Origin: Eledone cirrhosa
Lineage: Eukaryota
Assembly: GCA_964016885.1 (NCBI GenBank)
Contig: OZ024746.1
Coordinates: 84,258,001-84,322,000, forward strand
Reading direction: 5' to 3'
Length of the DNA: 64,000 bases
Shown here one piece after another: positions 44,594 to 59,880 of the stretch. The position numbers and the translations under genes were made by a program. The notes beneath the pieces were generated by a model. That model had not been told where the DNA came from, made no database searches, and saw only the letters and a list, made by a program, of their open reading frames with translations. Position 1 is the first letter of the stretch; each line of letters starts with the position of its first letter.

Positions 44594-44942
44594 TTCCCTA
44601 TCATACCTCTCTCTCTTTCTCTCTCTGTCTCTCTCTCTCTGTCTCTCTCTCCCTCTCTCTTTCCCTCTTTCTTTCCCTTTTCATACCCCTCTCTCTCTCT
44701 TTCTCTCTCCCTCTCTCTCTCTGTCTTTCTCTTTTTCTTTCCCTTTTCATACCTCTCTCTCTCTCTGTCTCTCTCTCCCCCCTCTTTCTTTCCCTTTTTA
44801 TATCTCTCTCCTTTTCTTTCGCCCTATATCTCTCTCCTTGTCTCTCTCTCCCCTCTCTCCTCTCTCTCTCTCTCCCCTCTCTCTCTCTCTCTGTCTCCCC
44901 CTTTATATATCTCTATCCTTCTCTTTCATACTTTATCTTTCT

Positions 44943-44986
<44 letters not shown>

Positions 44987-45514
44987 TTCTTTTGATTTAT
45001 CTTTCCCTATTTCTTTAACCCGAGAGTTTCTCGTTCACTCATTCTCACCCACAAAACTTTTGGCTCTACTCATCTCTTTCTCCTCCCCCCTCTCTCTCTC
45101 TTTCTATCTATCTTTCTCTTCATTTATCTTTACATATACTCACACACACACTAGCCTTACGTAACAAACATACACACATAGTTAACATACATTGTCTCTC
45201 TTCCCCTCACTATATGTACTTCAGTCTATCTCCAAACACTCTTCCCCTTCTTCATATAACAACCGTTATAAGATAAATACCATATCCCATGGTTTCTAAT
45301 TTCACCGAGAAAGGGGGGAAGGAAGAATCTATTCTATTAATATGTAACGGTGGGAAAGGAAGTTGTTATGGCTGATAATGTTACCCCACGCTTACTATTT
45401 AATAACTCTCTGAATAGGGAGCTTTACTGAATTATTGTGGCCTTAGCCTTTTTTTAGATTCTAATTCCTCACATACATCATGCACACTCCTTTTCATGTT
45501 ATCAATCTCCCTCA

Positions 45515-45572
<58 letters not shown>

Positions 45573-46749
45573 ACTCACACACTCACATGCCCCCCCCCCC
45601 CCCCCACTATCTCTCTCATTCCAGAGAGCAGCAGTTGTTTACGTAACAAATATATTTCACAGGTCTCCGTATTAAGCCAGTATAGCTCCTTGGGTGTTAG
45701 ACTTAATCTGTCCCCCGGCCTTTGAGAACCTTTGTTGAGGTCTACATTTATGCAAGTATTCCGACCAGGACTTTGCTCCGAGATTTACGCTGCTTCCCGA
45801 AGTAGTTAAGAACCCTTAACTCTTAATGGAATCGCAGGGGCGCCCGCCGTCCTGACACATAGCGTGTCTTGAGCATTTTAAACCTGGCGATGTCTTCCAG
45901 ACTCAGAGAGAGGAAGAAAAGTGAGAAAGAAAGAATGAGGAAGGATTGACCTCATCACTGGATTGGTACTTTATCGACCTCGAATGGATGAAAGACAATG
46001 TTGACCTCGACGAGATTTTAACGTAGAGCGCAGTGAGGCGAAACAAATATTGAGGCAGTTTTAATCCACCGACATTACCTATCCGCCAGCTTCGCCTCTT
46101 AAAGCAATAATCCATAGGTCGTGGTTTATTTTTCATTTTTGATGACTAGTTTCTTTTTTTTAAATGGTCACGGGGACTAATTAAAAACACAAAAACCTGA
46201 TCATATTTATCATTTATTTCTTGGTATCAATATATATAATTTTTCTGTCTTCATTTAAGGGGTTTCCGTCTTTGTTATTGATGACTGTTGCCAGATCGTA
46301 ACCCCTTGAATCTGTAATACAGTCAGAAAATACTTTTACTCCGGTCAAGATTTCTCGCCATGCTTGTGTCAAACTTGCAATAACACTCATGAAACGGTAA
46401 CCGCACCAAACATCCTTTATAATAGGTTCAGTTTCCTCATCTAAGAACTGAAATCAATTATTTAAATTACACTGTACATTGTGTGGCTTAGAATGCAACA
46501 ATAAATCCCTGCTCTATAGGCTAAATAAAGCTAGTTCTGTTAGTAGGCAGAAAAGCTACTTGAATATTTTCGCTCAGGTCAGCAATGAATTATCCTCTCG
46601 GCGTCAATGAAACAAATACTGATAATTTTATGTACTCTCAGCTCTTGAATAATCCCTACTCCTCACCTCCTTATTAAATTTTGCTAATCTGTCTCAAGCG
46701 AAATTTTATTGCAAGTGATTCATATTGATACAGCAGCTGGAGAATCTAA

Positions 46750-46936
46750 TAATTGTTTCTACTTTTGGCACAAGGCCAGCAATTATCCCAGGGTATTACT
46801 GGTACTTTATTTTATCGACCCCGTAAGGATGAAAGGCAAAGTTAACCTCGACGGGATTTGAACTCAGAACATAAAGGGCCGTAACTCTTTGCTGCAAATC
46901 ATGGCGTCCGACTCTCTACCGATACTGCCAATCCAA
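46750..46936 (-). mobile_element. SINE family 1
   Basis: Matches the family. Confidence 0.9.
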
Positions 46937-47162
46937 TAATAATTTTATTTTACATTTAAAAAAAACCAAACATTATATATGACAAAAAAAAGAACATTAC
47001 AAGAAATCCCATATTTAAGAACGTACATTATACAATTATCGATTTCCCAAACCTCTGCTCGACTCCCACCCCTGCCGTTTATTCCAATCCCTCCGCTTGG
47101 GACCCAAGAGCAATTCATAATACACTACGAAGCGGTCCTCCAGTATGGCCGTAGTGCAATGA

Positions 47163-47224
<62 letters not shown>

Positions 47225-47226
<2 letters not shown>

Positions 47227-47381
47227 AAAAGAGTCAGGACCCCGACGGCTGAGCTCCGGCCGTTTCGACAGCTACATCCGAACGGGGTCCTGAATCTTTT
47301 TATATTACCCACTCTACTACCATAAGTATCGATTACTCTGATGAGTTATGGTCCACTTGATATTGTACCACACCCTTTCTG
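47225..47381 (+). mobile_element. Family B element (diverged, asymmetric fold-back)
   Basis: Inverted 5' arm carries GAA-ACGGC(CGGAGCTCA)GCCGT-C-GGGGTC on the minus strand; tail TATTACCCACTCTACTACC as in 60368-60448. Confidence 0.7.
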
Positions 47382-47880
47382 ATATATATATATAATATTT
47401 ATATATGTGTATATGCATATATATGTATGTATATGTGTGTGTGTGAGAAGTGTAGTACATGTGTACGTGTAATGTAGTACACTTGTAATTATTATTTCGA
47501 AACCCAATACCTTGGGGAGTGTTAATATTTAATATAGTAATTATAGTTCCATCTTACAGTCTTCTCTTATTCAAAGTTTCATGTCCTTGTCTCTAGACTA
47601 TTCTCTAGGCGAGAGTGGTTGGTTAATCTGTGTATATGTGAATGTGTTTATGTATGTATGTGTGTTTGTGTGTATATATATATATGCATTCATGTATGAG
47701 TGTGTGTGTATGTGTGCGTGAACGTCTGCGTACGCATATGTATCTAAGTTAAATGCTGTCTTGATTTGCTATCGGTTTTGCGTGCTATAGTGAACACATG
47801 GACTAAACAACATTTGATCAGGTTGACACTTAAGTCTCTTAAATCCTTGATAACAAGATGAGTTGCCCATAAATCAAACG

Positions 47881-47960
<80 letters not shown>

Positions 47961-48043
47961 TCTCTCCCTCTCTCTCCCGCTCTCTTACTCTCTCTCTCTC
48001 TTTCACTCTGTCTCTGTTTCTCTCTCTCTCTCTCTCGCTCTCG

Positions 48044-48157
<114 letters not shown>

Positions 48158-48364
48158 CGTATACCTATATCTTTGTGGGACGTATGTGTATATATATATG
48201 TATTTATGTATGTATATATGTATGTATGCATTTCTACAAAACTACGTATCATGGAAACATGTTATGTAATAAAAGCATGACTACGTTCGAGTGTAATATT
48301 TTTATTAAAGATTTTTTATATGACATTAATGGTGATGCTAGGAACTATGTTTGTTAGTATATTA

Positions 48365-49244
48365 TCTATATATCTAAAACAGAGAACGTCTGTCTGTTTG
48401 ACTCCCTAAAACTCGAGAACAACCCAACCGATTGTTTTCAAACTTTACACATGTACTACTTATGGTCGTGTGAGTGTTTTGAGAAAAAAAATATTTCAAA
48501 TTTTCAATGCCCTAGGGACCGCATTAGGCACCGGTTAGCGATCTCTCTCTATCTTTCTTAGTCTGTCTTTTTAGATAGATACATAGCTATAACGTCGTGC
48601 CCTTATAACATCTGTCTGTATGTCTGCTGTCTGCATTACGACATTATGACACTATGTGTGTGTGTATATATGTATATATAGTGTGTATATATATATATAT
48701 ATATATATAGTGCGTAACGTTTTTCGAAATATTTACTTCTGCGTTCACAGATTGATTTTTTTAGTTTCAGAAGATCCCGTTAAGGGTGAAAGCAGCGATT
48801 CTTCGCTTAAACTTTAATCTGTTATTATGTATATATATAATTATATATTCGTGTACAGATATTTTTGCATACACAATAACAAAATATAAACAAACGTATT
48901 TATTTCACGAAGCTCAATAAGGATAAAAATATATCAAATATATAAGAACCCTAGAGCAAATATTGTTCTCATTGCTGATGAGGCAGAAGGGAATATACAC
49001 GATTGGCTGAAGAAGGACGAGACTGTGTTAGTAGTACGACCAACGGCTGCTATCACATCAACAGCAGGAAAAACAACAAAAAAGAGAGGAAACGCAATTA
49101 CATGCTTTTGAAAATTAGGTGATTTCACTTTTTATTAGGACTTCTGCATCAATTGGTGAACATACGACGAAACTGTTTCAGAAAGGAGGGATAAACATGC
49201 CAATCATGTTTAGAATCCCGAGCAACGCCGGGCCATTCTGCTAG
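48365..49244 (+). mobile_element. Non-autonomous Helitron, complete
   Basis: 5' TC (TCTATATATCTAAAAC) after A at 48364; subterminal hairpin CCCGAGCAACGCCGGG at 49217-49232; 3' CTAG at 49241-49244 followed by T; no TSD. Confidence 0.85.
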
Positions 49245-49309
49245 TTCTTTATAAATCTGTCATTGTCAACGATCTAGTTTTCTTTTTCTTATCAGAGCTT
49301 CCGTTATAC

Positions 49310-49918
49310 CATCGATAGAGAGTCGGACGCCATGCTTTGACGCATAGAGTTACGGCCCTTGCCATTCTGAGTTCAAACCCCGCCGAGGTTAACTTTGCCT
49401 TTCATCCTTACGGGGTCGATAAAATAAAGTACCAGTAATGCACTGGGTAATTGCTGACCTTGTGCCAAAAATAAAAACAAATATTATTATATACAGGGCG
49501 GTGGATTGACAGTATCGGTAGAGGGTCGGACGGCATGCTTTGCAGCATAGAGTTACGGCCCTTTATGATTTGAGTTCAAATCCCGCCGAGGTTAACTTTG
49601 CCTTTCATCCTTACGAGGTCGATAAAATAAAGTACCAGTAATGCACTGGGATAATTGCCGGCCTTGTGCCAAAAGTATAAATAATAATTATTATTATTAG
49701 CGGTGGATTGGCAGTATTAGTAGAGCGTCGGACAATATGCTTTGTGGCATAGGTTACGGTTCTTTATGCTCTGAGTTCAAATCCCACCGAGGTTAGCTTT
49801 GCTTTTCATCCTTACGGGGTCAATAAAATAAAGTACCAGTAACGTACTGGAGTCGATTTAATCGACTTTCCCCTCCTCTCTAATCACTGGCCTTGTGCCT
49901 ATAGTAGAAATCATTATT
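49310..49918 (+). mobile_element. Head-to-tail trio of SINE family 1
   Basis: Copies at ~49310-49485, 49496-49695, 49699-49918 with (TTA)-rich tails. Confidence 0.9.
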
Positions 49919-50312
49919 AGTTCACGGTTTTTTATCACCAAATCGAGACTAAGAAGGTAATTAAAAGCATGATTACACTAACATATTTAGAGTTGATAGA
50001 AAATCAGTGTAGGAATTTATTTTTTGCGTTTTAAAAGTACATTGTTTGTGTGTTTGTGTTTTGATAATGATAGACACAATAGTATTCACTACTATTCACA
50101 TCTTTGATGGTATAGCAATAGTTCGCTTTCTATTGTTTTTATTGGTACTTGTTGCTTATTTGAACAGTAATGCATAATTTTTTAACTAACAAATCTTTAA
50201 GATCATTCAACAAGTTTCCACATTATTGGAGGATGTTAAGCCCCAAAAGCTTCTAAGTGCCGGAAGGCTTACTTATTTAATTCTTTGTTGGATGGTAGTG
50301 ATATTAATTAAT

Positions 50313-50498
50313 TGTTTCTACTTTTGGCACAAGGCCAGCAATTACTCAGTACATTACTGGTACTTTATTTTATCGACCCCGTAAGGATGAAAGGCAAAGT
50401 TAACCTCGGCGGGATTTGAACTCAGATCATACAGCGCCGTAACTCTATGCTGCAAAGCATGGCGTCCGATCCTCTACCGATACTGCCAATCACCGCCA
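50313..50498 (-). mobile_element. SINE family 1 with TSD
   Basis: TGATATTAATTAAT on both sides. Confidence 0.9.
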
Positions 50499-50773
50499 TG
50501 ATATTAATTAATGTTTCGCTGGATGGTAGTGATATTAATTAATGTTTCGCTATCTAGATTACTTTCGTATTCTGTATTATAATGTGTTGCAATGGGTTCC
50601 TGGTCGTAAATGCATGGTCAACTGAGGAACAAGCGCTTTCTTGTGCTTCCGATGTAAACGGTTTGAGTCATGATATCTACAACTTTCATGTTTAGATTGA
50701 AATTTGGTTATTTCAGGTTTGTGCTTTCCTATAGAATATATATCTGAACACAGTCGGGTCCTTAATATATACT

Positions 50774-50877
<104 letters not shown>

Positions 50878-51286
50878 CATAAGTATATATACACACACAT
50901 ACATACATACATACATACATACATACATACATACATACATACATACATACATACATACATACATACATACATACATACATACATACATACATACATACAT
51001 ACATACGTTGTGTTGACGTGCTTATGGGGCGACTAAAATTACAAATCCATACCTAAATGTATTTTTAACATACATCTATGCTTCAGATTTCCGTCGTCTC
51101 ACTATAAAGTTTCCATTGCACTAGACAAATGATGGTGACATCAACAGAAGGAAAGTAAACCTATAGTTGTTAATCTATAAGTAACATATCTACTTCCGGA
51201 TCTCGAGCAGACGAGAGAGTTTCTACGTAGTTGCTCGACCTACTAGGACAATAACCAAATCTTTCTCATATAACAACTCTCTAGCG

Positions 51287-51469
51287 AAGTGTCTCTCAAC
51301 CGATGGTCCCCAGAACCCCAGGGTTTTGCAAGAGGTCGCTAGGGGTTCCGCGAGAAACAGTGTTAAATAAGCTAATGGTATATGATAATTTTTTTTTTTT
51401 TGCAGAGGTTCCCTGAGACATGAAAACTATTTCAAGGGTTTCACAGGGGTAAAAGGTTGGGAAACGCTG
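51287..51469. mobile_element. hAT/Charlie-like MITE
   Basis: Degenerate TIRs AAGTGTCTCTCAACC / GGTTGGGAAACGCTG and internal GGGGTTCCGCGAGA; TSD only partly preserved. Confidence 0.65.
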
Positions 51470-52116
51470 CCTTATCGTCTTAAAAAAATAAAGCTCCACT
51501 GGATAATGTTGTCCTGGGTAACTTATTTTCTAAAAGAATTTGAGATGGTCATGACTGGATTGCCGGTTATCATAGGTTTACTCCATCAGTGATGACTTGC
51601 AACTAAACTGCAACACTAACAACTTTGGGATGTTACTATAATGATATTCTCATAATTTTCCAGGAATTAGTTTAGAAGAAATGTCTTCCAATGCCTTCTT
51701 CCGGTTAACATGTAGCCTAAAATTAAATGAGTGAATTAAAAGTTGTGATGTTCATACCTTTACTGATGGGATTTTGTAATTCAATGTAAGTTAAATTAGA
51801 TTTTCAATCGGGATAGACCGTGCTCATCTTCGGCTCAGTTCGGAATATCAACACTGTTTAATTATTAATTTCCAGTTAGTAAACTGACTATCGTAGCAGC
51901 TATTAATATTCTATGTAATTACCCATTGATGTGTTGTGTTGGGTAAGAAAAGTCCTGCTGCATTTGTTCTGGCACTCTACCCTTTGAATCCAAACGATGC
52001 GGAGGTCGGTTTTACCTTTTATCTTTATGTATTTGAGAAACAAAGTACCAGTTAATTATTCTCTCTCCCTCTCCCTCAATTCTCTCCCTGACTCTCTCCT
52101 ACCATTTCTCTCACAT

Positions 52117-52188
<72 letters not shown>

Positions 52189-52389
52189 TCCCTTTCACGC
52201 ATGCGCGCACGCAGAATCAGCTAGGTTATGCTGTGAGAAGGAAGGGTCGTGAGGAGTCGCTCATAGTACCCCTTTCTCTCTAAAATATGAAGAATTGAGT
52301 AAGGTAACAGCAACGTATTCTCACAGAGAAACTGATATGTTACTGGAACAGTAAAACACGGAACGGAAATTAAGAATTAAGTACATTGG

Positions 52390-52559
<170 letters not shown>

Positions 52560-52668
52560 CGCGCGCGTGTGTGTGCGTGTGTGTGTATGTATGTATGTAT
52601 GTATGAGTGTTTCTGTATGTGTATGTGCGTATGTGAGTGTATGCATATATTTGTGTGTATGCATGTTC

Positions 52669-52736
<68 letters not shown>

Positions 52737-55700
52737 ATATATTTGTGTGCGTGTGTGAGTGTGTCAATATAGATTGGAAAGAAGAAACGTCCATATGTTA
52801 TGATACAATCTATCTACTCTATATTACTACTGTTCATTGATAGAATTCAATTCTGCCACTAAATACTATACCAAATTTCCTATTTCCATTGAGTTTTGCA
52901 GCTGCTGCTGTTGTTGTTGCTGCTGCTTTTACTGAAACTAATACTGCTTCACTATGACCAATCAATCAGCGTAAACCGAGAGTATGTATTGCTGTTTCTG
53001 CACTACATTTATATCACCGATCAATATATTGTGCTAGAAATGTAGAGCCTACTATTTACTCACATAAATCCAATCGATCGATGTTGCCCAAGACCAGATT
53101 TTTATGATTGCCATATTATCAATATCGCAACGTATAAAGGAATTTTCATTTACTTAAATACACAAAGAGGCTCTGTATTTTCTGCAAGAGATAATGATGT
53201 GACATGCATGACTTCCTCAAAAAATATTAACATGAGGAAGGAATTCTATGTGGTTGCTCGAGCTGCTATAATTAGCAGCTAAATTTCCTTCAAATCACAC
53301 CCATTGTGTAATGTAAGAAAAACACTTTAGAGATGATATTATTTAATATGCCAAAGTCTTAGGGTTGTCATGACAAGATCACTTTTAAACATGTGTCTTC
53401 TCGACTAGATATGATATAGGACTAATCAACTAGATATGATATAGGACTAATCAACGACTTTAGTGATGTGAGTTGAAATATCTTTGATCAATAATTGAAA
53501 CGGGATCGTATTCTATATTTTCCCGGAGCTTATCTTTTTAGTGCTCAACGCTTACGTCCCTGACAATAATGCCTTAAACTGGTACAGGTCACACTGTTGG
53601 CGAGGATTATCGTCGACTGAATCGACAACATATGATTGGTACTGCTTTTATTGTGAACGTTAGCGGCTTAATGTTCTTGTAATCGTCACTTCAATCTTCA
53701 GACGTGGCCTTGTGCAAAGTACTTCACTTCACGTTGCTCCAGTTCACTCAGCTGAAACATGAATACCATCAGCAGCTTGCGGTTAAACTTGCAACAGACT
53801 CAGTATACTCTCAGTCACTCAACGTCACACGAAACCGGGATAAACTTCGTCCTGATGAGAGTCTAGGCTTGAGAAATGGTAAGTTTTAGGAAGGCATGAA
53901 GCCTATTGCTCTAGCGATCGATCCACAGTCGAGCGGCGCGTTCATTGTGTTCTTAAACAAGGCACTTCATTTTACGTGTCCCCAGTCCAACCAGCTAAAA
54001 ATTAGTACCAGCAGCAACTAAGTGTTAACTTTGCGATGAACTGGCGTTCCGTTCGAGGAGGAGCTTCGTATTTTCAGTTGTTTAGCACCACATGAAACCG
54101 AGATTAGCTCCGGTCTATTGTGACTATAGAATCGAAATCGAGCTGGTGGTGTGAAAAGAGGCAAAACAATGACCTTGGTAAGAATTAACTATATTAACTA
54201 ATTAACTAAATTATTTTTTGCAAGGCATGGTGCACCCAGGACCGTACTACTCAATGCTTTCTTTCCATTTCAAGACAGTGGAATGGAATTTGAGGGACAT
54301 GTTGCTGTTATTTTTAGCAGGTCGGACGATCATATGGAGCCTCCCTCTTGTCTGATACCACCAACTGTTCGGTCATTAATCTTTCCCTTCAGTTCCTTCA
54401 GTTTACCATCCTCTATAAATATGAATAGCATCTAGTGCTTATTTGAGAAATCAATAATTTTCAAAAACGTTGCTGTTGTAGATGAAAGATAATACTGATG
54501 GTTAGTTTGATGTTTCCTAGAATCTTTTTTATCGTTATTAGGAGAAAACCTGTTAAAAATGGATTGAATGATTCCGAAAGTAAGACAAAGATGAGAATTA
54601 TTGTTGTAGAAAGAAATTGGAAGAGCGATGTGTTGTGTATGTTTTGTAAGAAGTGGTTCGACGACTGGACCACACCAAATTAAAATAAGCACTTCAATAG
54701 TAAAATAATTGGTCGAGTTTGGAACATGGCTGGGTTACAAGTTGATTAATTTCACGTTCTAAAGAACAAATTGAATATCATTTCAACTAGAAATGATTGT
54801 ATTAAGTTTATGTGGTTCATTCTCTTAACTATATTACAAAGTGGATAGAACGTAAAATTCTATAGACAAGATACTGTTTTTTTTTCTTTTAATTCTCATG
54901 AATTTTAATTACCGTTCTTTATTGCTGGAAATAGATTGTCAGCTGACGAAGTAAATAGAGCATAAAACTTCTGCAAGCGGTTCGTATTCCGTCACTTGTA
55001 CTCAGGTTTATCAATAACCAAGGCACTTCATAAGGCGGCGAATTGGCAGAAACGTTAGATCGTAGGATAGATATTTTGCCATATTTGTTCCAGCTTTGTG
55101 CGTTTGGATTCAAATACCGCCTTCTGTCAGCGGAAAAAAATTGTCATGATAGGGCTATGACACATATCATTAAAATAGGCAAGTAACCATCTATAAAGTG
55201 CAACCTCAAGAACAAAACAAAACACTTAACCTTCGCTTGTTTATTTCTATATAAACACCAAAAATAAGTAGAACTCCCTGTTCAATGCAATGTATTGTTC
55301 TCTTACTAAGCCGAGTTCAAGTAGTTCTTTTAATCTTAACATAGTCCATCCTTAGATATCGTTAAATCGAAAGAATCACAATAAGTTAAATCTTTCTGCA
55401 ACAATTTCATCTTTATAATGTGGTTGAGAAGAAAATGAATAGATGGGAATTAAGAAAGGAGTCTGTATCACCATTATCATCATCATCCTCATCATCATCC
55501 TTGTCGTCGTCGTCGTCGTTGTCGTTTTCTATGCTGGCCAGAGTTGGACGGGCTATCATGGTCTGTGATTAGACGGGTCAGAGTTTAGTTTCTTGGGATC
55601 ATTCATCATAACTTCACCCCGTGTCTTCCTTAGTCTCTCTTGATTACTGTGGATTACTTTTGTACACCAGTCATCTATGAAGTCTACCGTCTTTCTCGGC

Positions 55701-55861
55701 CTACTTGAGATCCCACTACATCTCAGCTGGTCACAACACCTGGCAGAAAAAGGCGGGATTTGAACTGTTAATGCCGGAACAAATACTGAAAGATTTAATC
55801 CGACGCTGTAACTACTCTAGTAATTCTCTCTCTCTTCTCTCTCTTCTCTCTCTTCTCTCTC

Positions 55862-55892
<31 letters not shown>

Positions 55893-55903
55893 CCTCACTC
55901 TCT

Positions 55904-56045
<142 letters not shown>

Positions 56046-58434
56046 TATCCTGAAGGGGAAAGTGTGATCTGGATCCCACCAGATTTCCATTCATATAATT
56101 TATTTATAAAGAAATCTTCCATGATTATTGTGTCTGCATGCTTAGATGACACTGATTTAGACTCTTTTTTTTTTTCCAGAAATTATCAAATGAGTAAGAT
56201 TAGTTTTAAGAGAAAACGACCATTACACAAGTTTAAATTGTTTTTTTATCAAACGAAGAGATTATAGAGCTTAAAGAATTTTCGAGTTGATCACATATGG
56301 CTTAAAGTCTATCCTGACAAAATGTCTAAGATATATTTATCAAATCCATTTTTTCTTCTTCATCTGGAAATACTTATCACTTATTCCAAATGAGTAAATT
56401 GACATTGTTAAAATGTTTGTTCTGTTTTAGCAAGCATTGTAAAGCTGCCAACATGCTATGTCTGCAAACTGATTTCTACTTCAAACTACTCACTGCTAAA
56501 AATCAGTATGGCAGCATGCGTACACACACCGGCTATGTGTAACTTGAATTAGATAAGTGTGTAGCTACATGCTACTGGCGGTTCACCGTTCCAAGCACTC
56601 GATGCTGTTAGAAGGTCCATGTCGTGTTGGGTTGTATTCCAGAGGTAAGGCGGCTGTAGTGCGCAAAGTGTAATATGCCAATAAAGTTTATATATGTGCT
56701 GCAACAGTGACTTCGATCCTATTTACTTATATTTTAAAGCGGCAGCTGTGTAATAGGAGGGATATTTTGGTAGCTATTTCTAGTAGGTCGAGTGCCCGCG
56801 TAGAAATCTCCTTCGTTGGCTTGTGTATAGTTATTTTATTTTATTTATTTTTTTTTTTTTTTGTAATAGTTTTAACATTGGACGATCAGATCAGATATAA
56901 TTCCTTGATATCGAAGAGGAGTGATCATGAAATTGAATCTAACTCCTTGTATCTATATGAATTGAAATCAGTGTTTTAACAAATATCGATGTGTTAAAAT
57001 GGAGGAATACAAAATGTAAGCTTTTTCACGAGTAGTTTGGCTATTTAACGAATAATTTAGCAGCAACTCTCGTTTCTTAGCTTTATCAACCATAACACAA
57101 CACTCTGAATTTGAAGCGATTCCATTTCTCTTACGTTGCTATTATCTTTGGGACAAACATAAATGCTAGACAAACTCATTTACCATCCGCTTATCAATCG
57201 GTGGGCTTGCGTATTGTTCAAAATCACTATCATTATCGTCGATCTTCTTTAAAAGTAAAACGGAAAACCAAAATAATAAATTTAAGAAAAAGAATATCCT
57301 TAATCTTAATCTCGGTCCTTATCGATGCTTCTATTGAAAAAATATTTTCAGTCTGGATCTTAGGAAGAATATTGGTTTTGTTTGATTATGTATTTGCTTT
57401 TTCTTTTCCTTAAAACATTCGCTTAGCCGAACTTGAGAACTGATGCAAAACATCAGAATATAGAATTGAAAGATTAATATATATTTCCACCGAAAAGACT
57501 TATATCGATCGATTCTGTCGGATTTGGAGCCAAACTAAGAACTCTCTATGATTTACGAAAAGATTGTTGACTCAAGTATGAAACCAGCTTTCCGAAATCC
57601 TACTTCGAAGCATCTTTCTTTCACTCTTCTTCTTTCTTTTCATTCTCCCCCCTCTATCTCTCTCCCTCTCTCTTTCTCTCCCTCAGTCTCTCTCTTTCTC
57701 ACTCTATCTCCCTGAGTAGTATCAAAGTCTATATTTGATATATTCAATTAGCAAATACCAACAAGAAGACCTGTCAAACTTGTCATGTGATAAAGAATAA
57801 CAGGATTCGTGAATCAAATTCGACGTGTACACTTGATGCGGAATAATCTTCGTTTCAAACACTAGAAGAATTCTTCTGTCTGATATGATCAAGTTAGTAG
57901 TACCTCTTTCTATGAAGCTTCAAAGTTGTCGAATCTATCTACATATGTCTAAATCTGAGCTCTAAAAGAATTGGGTGTGTTAGGACTTAGAAACTGTAAC
58001 GGGTGGAGCGTCTGATTTTCATTAAAGAAGTTTTTATTGTATTATGAACTTTCAATGTAAGAAACTTGAGTCGCAGCAAACCTAGATATTAAGACGTCGA
58101 CGCTCAACTCTGGTAATCGTGCAAACTTATGATGAAAAGCATTCCAATTACCCCATCTATTTCTTCTTCTCGGGAATAGCCTAATATGTACATTGTTTTG
58201 GGGGTGGAAATTTAAGGGAGATTTAGCCCTTAATTCAACCAAGTTGAGTGATCACGTAGACTCTTCCTCGCTGATTTTATTCCCCCTTTGGCACACCTAT
58301 CTGCATTATATGCTATTGTTGTTTTTAACTCCAGGCAGCCCTGATCAAATTAATTCCAGTCATGACAACCCCATCATTATATATATATATATATATATCG
58401 GAAATTAACTGCACTATTCAATATCCATTATTCA

Positions 58435-58938
58435 AAGGATCCTCTACGTTGTTATCCAACCTGCTAGAAACACCGGCTAAATTTTCCTGAAATTACACCC
58501 GGTTATCTTAAAAGGATAATGAGGTGCTTGATGTTCATCTGGAGCTTTGATCATGGGTCAACTGGATCAGGGCTCATTTCAAGCTAAACAACAGTTATGA
58601 ACGAAATGCTTTTGATCATAGGTCCACTTGATCAGAATTTATCCAAAGCTAAATAACAATTATAGCCAGAACGATTTTAATCACAGGTTCACTTGATCAG
58701 AGCTCATATTGAGCTAAATAACTACAAACATAACGAATATAGTATATTATAGGTCTGCTTGATCAGGGCAGAGCTGTAGCTAAACAACAAGTGTTATAGC
58801 TAGAACACCGTTGATCGTATGTCAGTTTATCAGGGCTTGACCATAGCTAAACAACAGCCTTGTGGCGGGATTGACCTTTGATCATAATTCTGCTTGATTA
58901 AGTCAGACCTGGAGATAAACAAGAGCAATAATAACAAC
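58435..58938 (+). mobile_element. Old dispersed repeat (CTAGAAATAGCAGC family) with its 3' end tandemly repeated six times
   Basis: Units TTTGATCATAGGTC...GATCAGGGC...AGCTAAACAAC of ~65 bp; single copies of the family near 8650, 9620, 9850, 23490, 25880, 26230, 29150-29660, 32020-32400, 53250, 59420. Confidence 0.7.
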
Positions 58939-59636
58939 TTAGTCGACTCATAAGTACATATCAATTTCAATATTTAATACTTTTAATAATTCATTAGATT
59001 GTTCATCGAAGCATACATAAAATCTATATTTGTTATTCAGGTTAAGAACTTAAGTTTATCTTTTGTTTATGCTTATCATTAAGGTCGAAAACCCCGATCA
59101 AATGAAACTATTTAAGTGAGAGATTAATTGTTAAGCTATATTCTAATTTTCTGACATTATCACAACTAAATGTTATTGTTGTCATACGAGGGAGAAAGCA
59201 AGAGTGACTAAGTCGCCAAGGGTCATTCGTTGACCTGTTGGTGCAAGAAGGGAATAAAGAACCTGAAGACATTTGGTGTGTAGGTAACTGCTGATTATTT
59301 ATAAGTATTATGTCTTCTATAAGTGTTCTGTCTTCTTTGTACAGTTGACAAATTCTGACACATCTTAAGGGTTTGGCTGTGGCTCACACGACTCAGTCAT
59401 AACGCAGGTGTCTTGAGGTAATAACTCGACCTACGTGAAATAGCAAAGTTGCCTTCAAATCACATTCAACTGCTAGAAGAGATTGAGATTACTATGTCTA
59501 AAATAAAAGAGACGTGGTTGTCACGGGTAGAACGCTTTTGAATATATCTTGTTTAATCAGGGCTCACCTCTAGCTAAACAACATCAACTAAAACTACTAC
59601 TCTATCATGGCTGCAGATCAGTAACAGAAACCAGTT

Positions 59637-59701
<65 letters not shown>

Positions 59702-59703
<2 letters not shown>

Positions 59704-59880
59704 CGAAGGAAATGTGGTAAGGAACCAGGTGGACCATAACGCACCAAAGTACTCAATACTTGAGGTAGTAGAGTGGGTAATAGGAACCAGTAAGACCCCG
59801 ACAGCTGAGCTCAAGCCGTTTCGACGGCCAGAATTAGCCGTCGAAACGGCTTGAGCTCAGCTGTCGGGGTCTTACTGGTT

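Noticed and set aside
47338-47346. CTGATGAG as a hammerhead core
   Set aside because: Not conserved in homologous copies (CTTTGGTGCG, CTCTGGTGAG) and no downstream GAAA.
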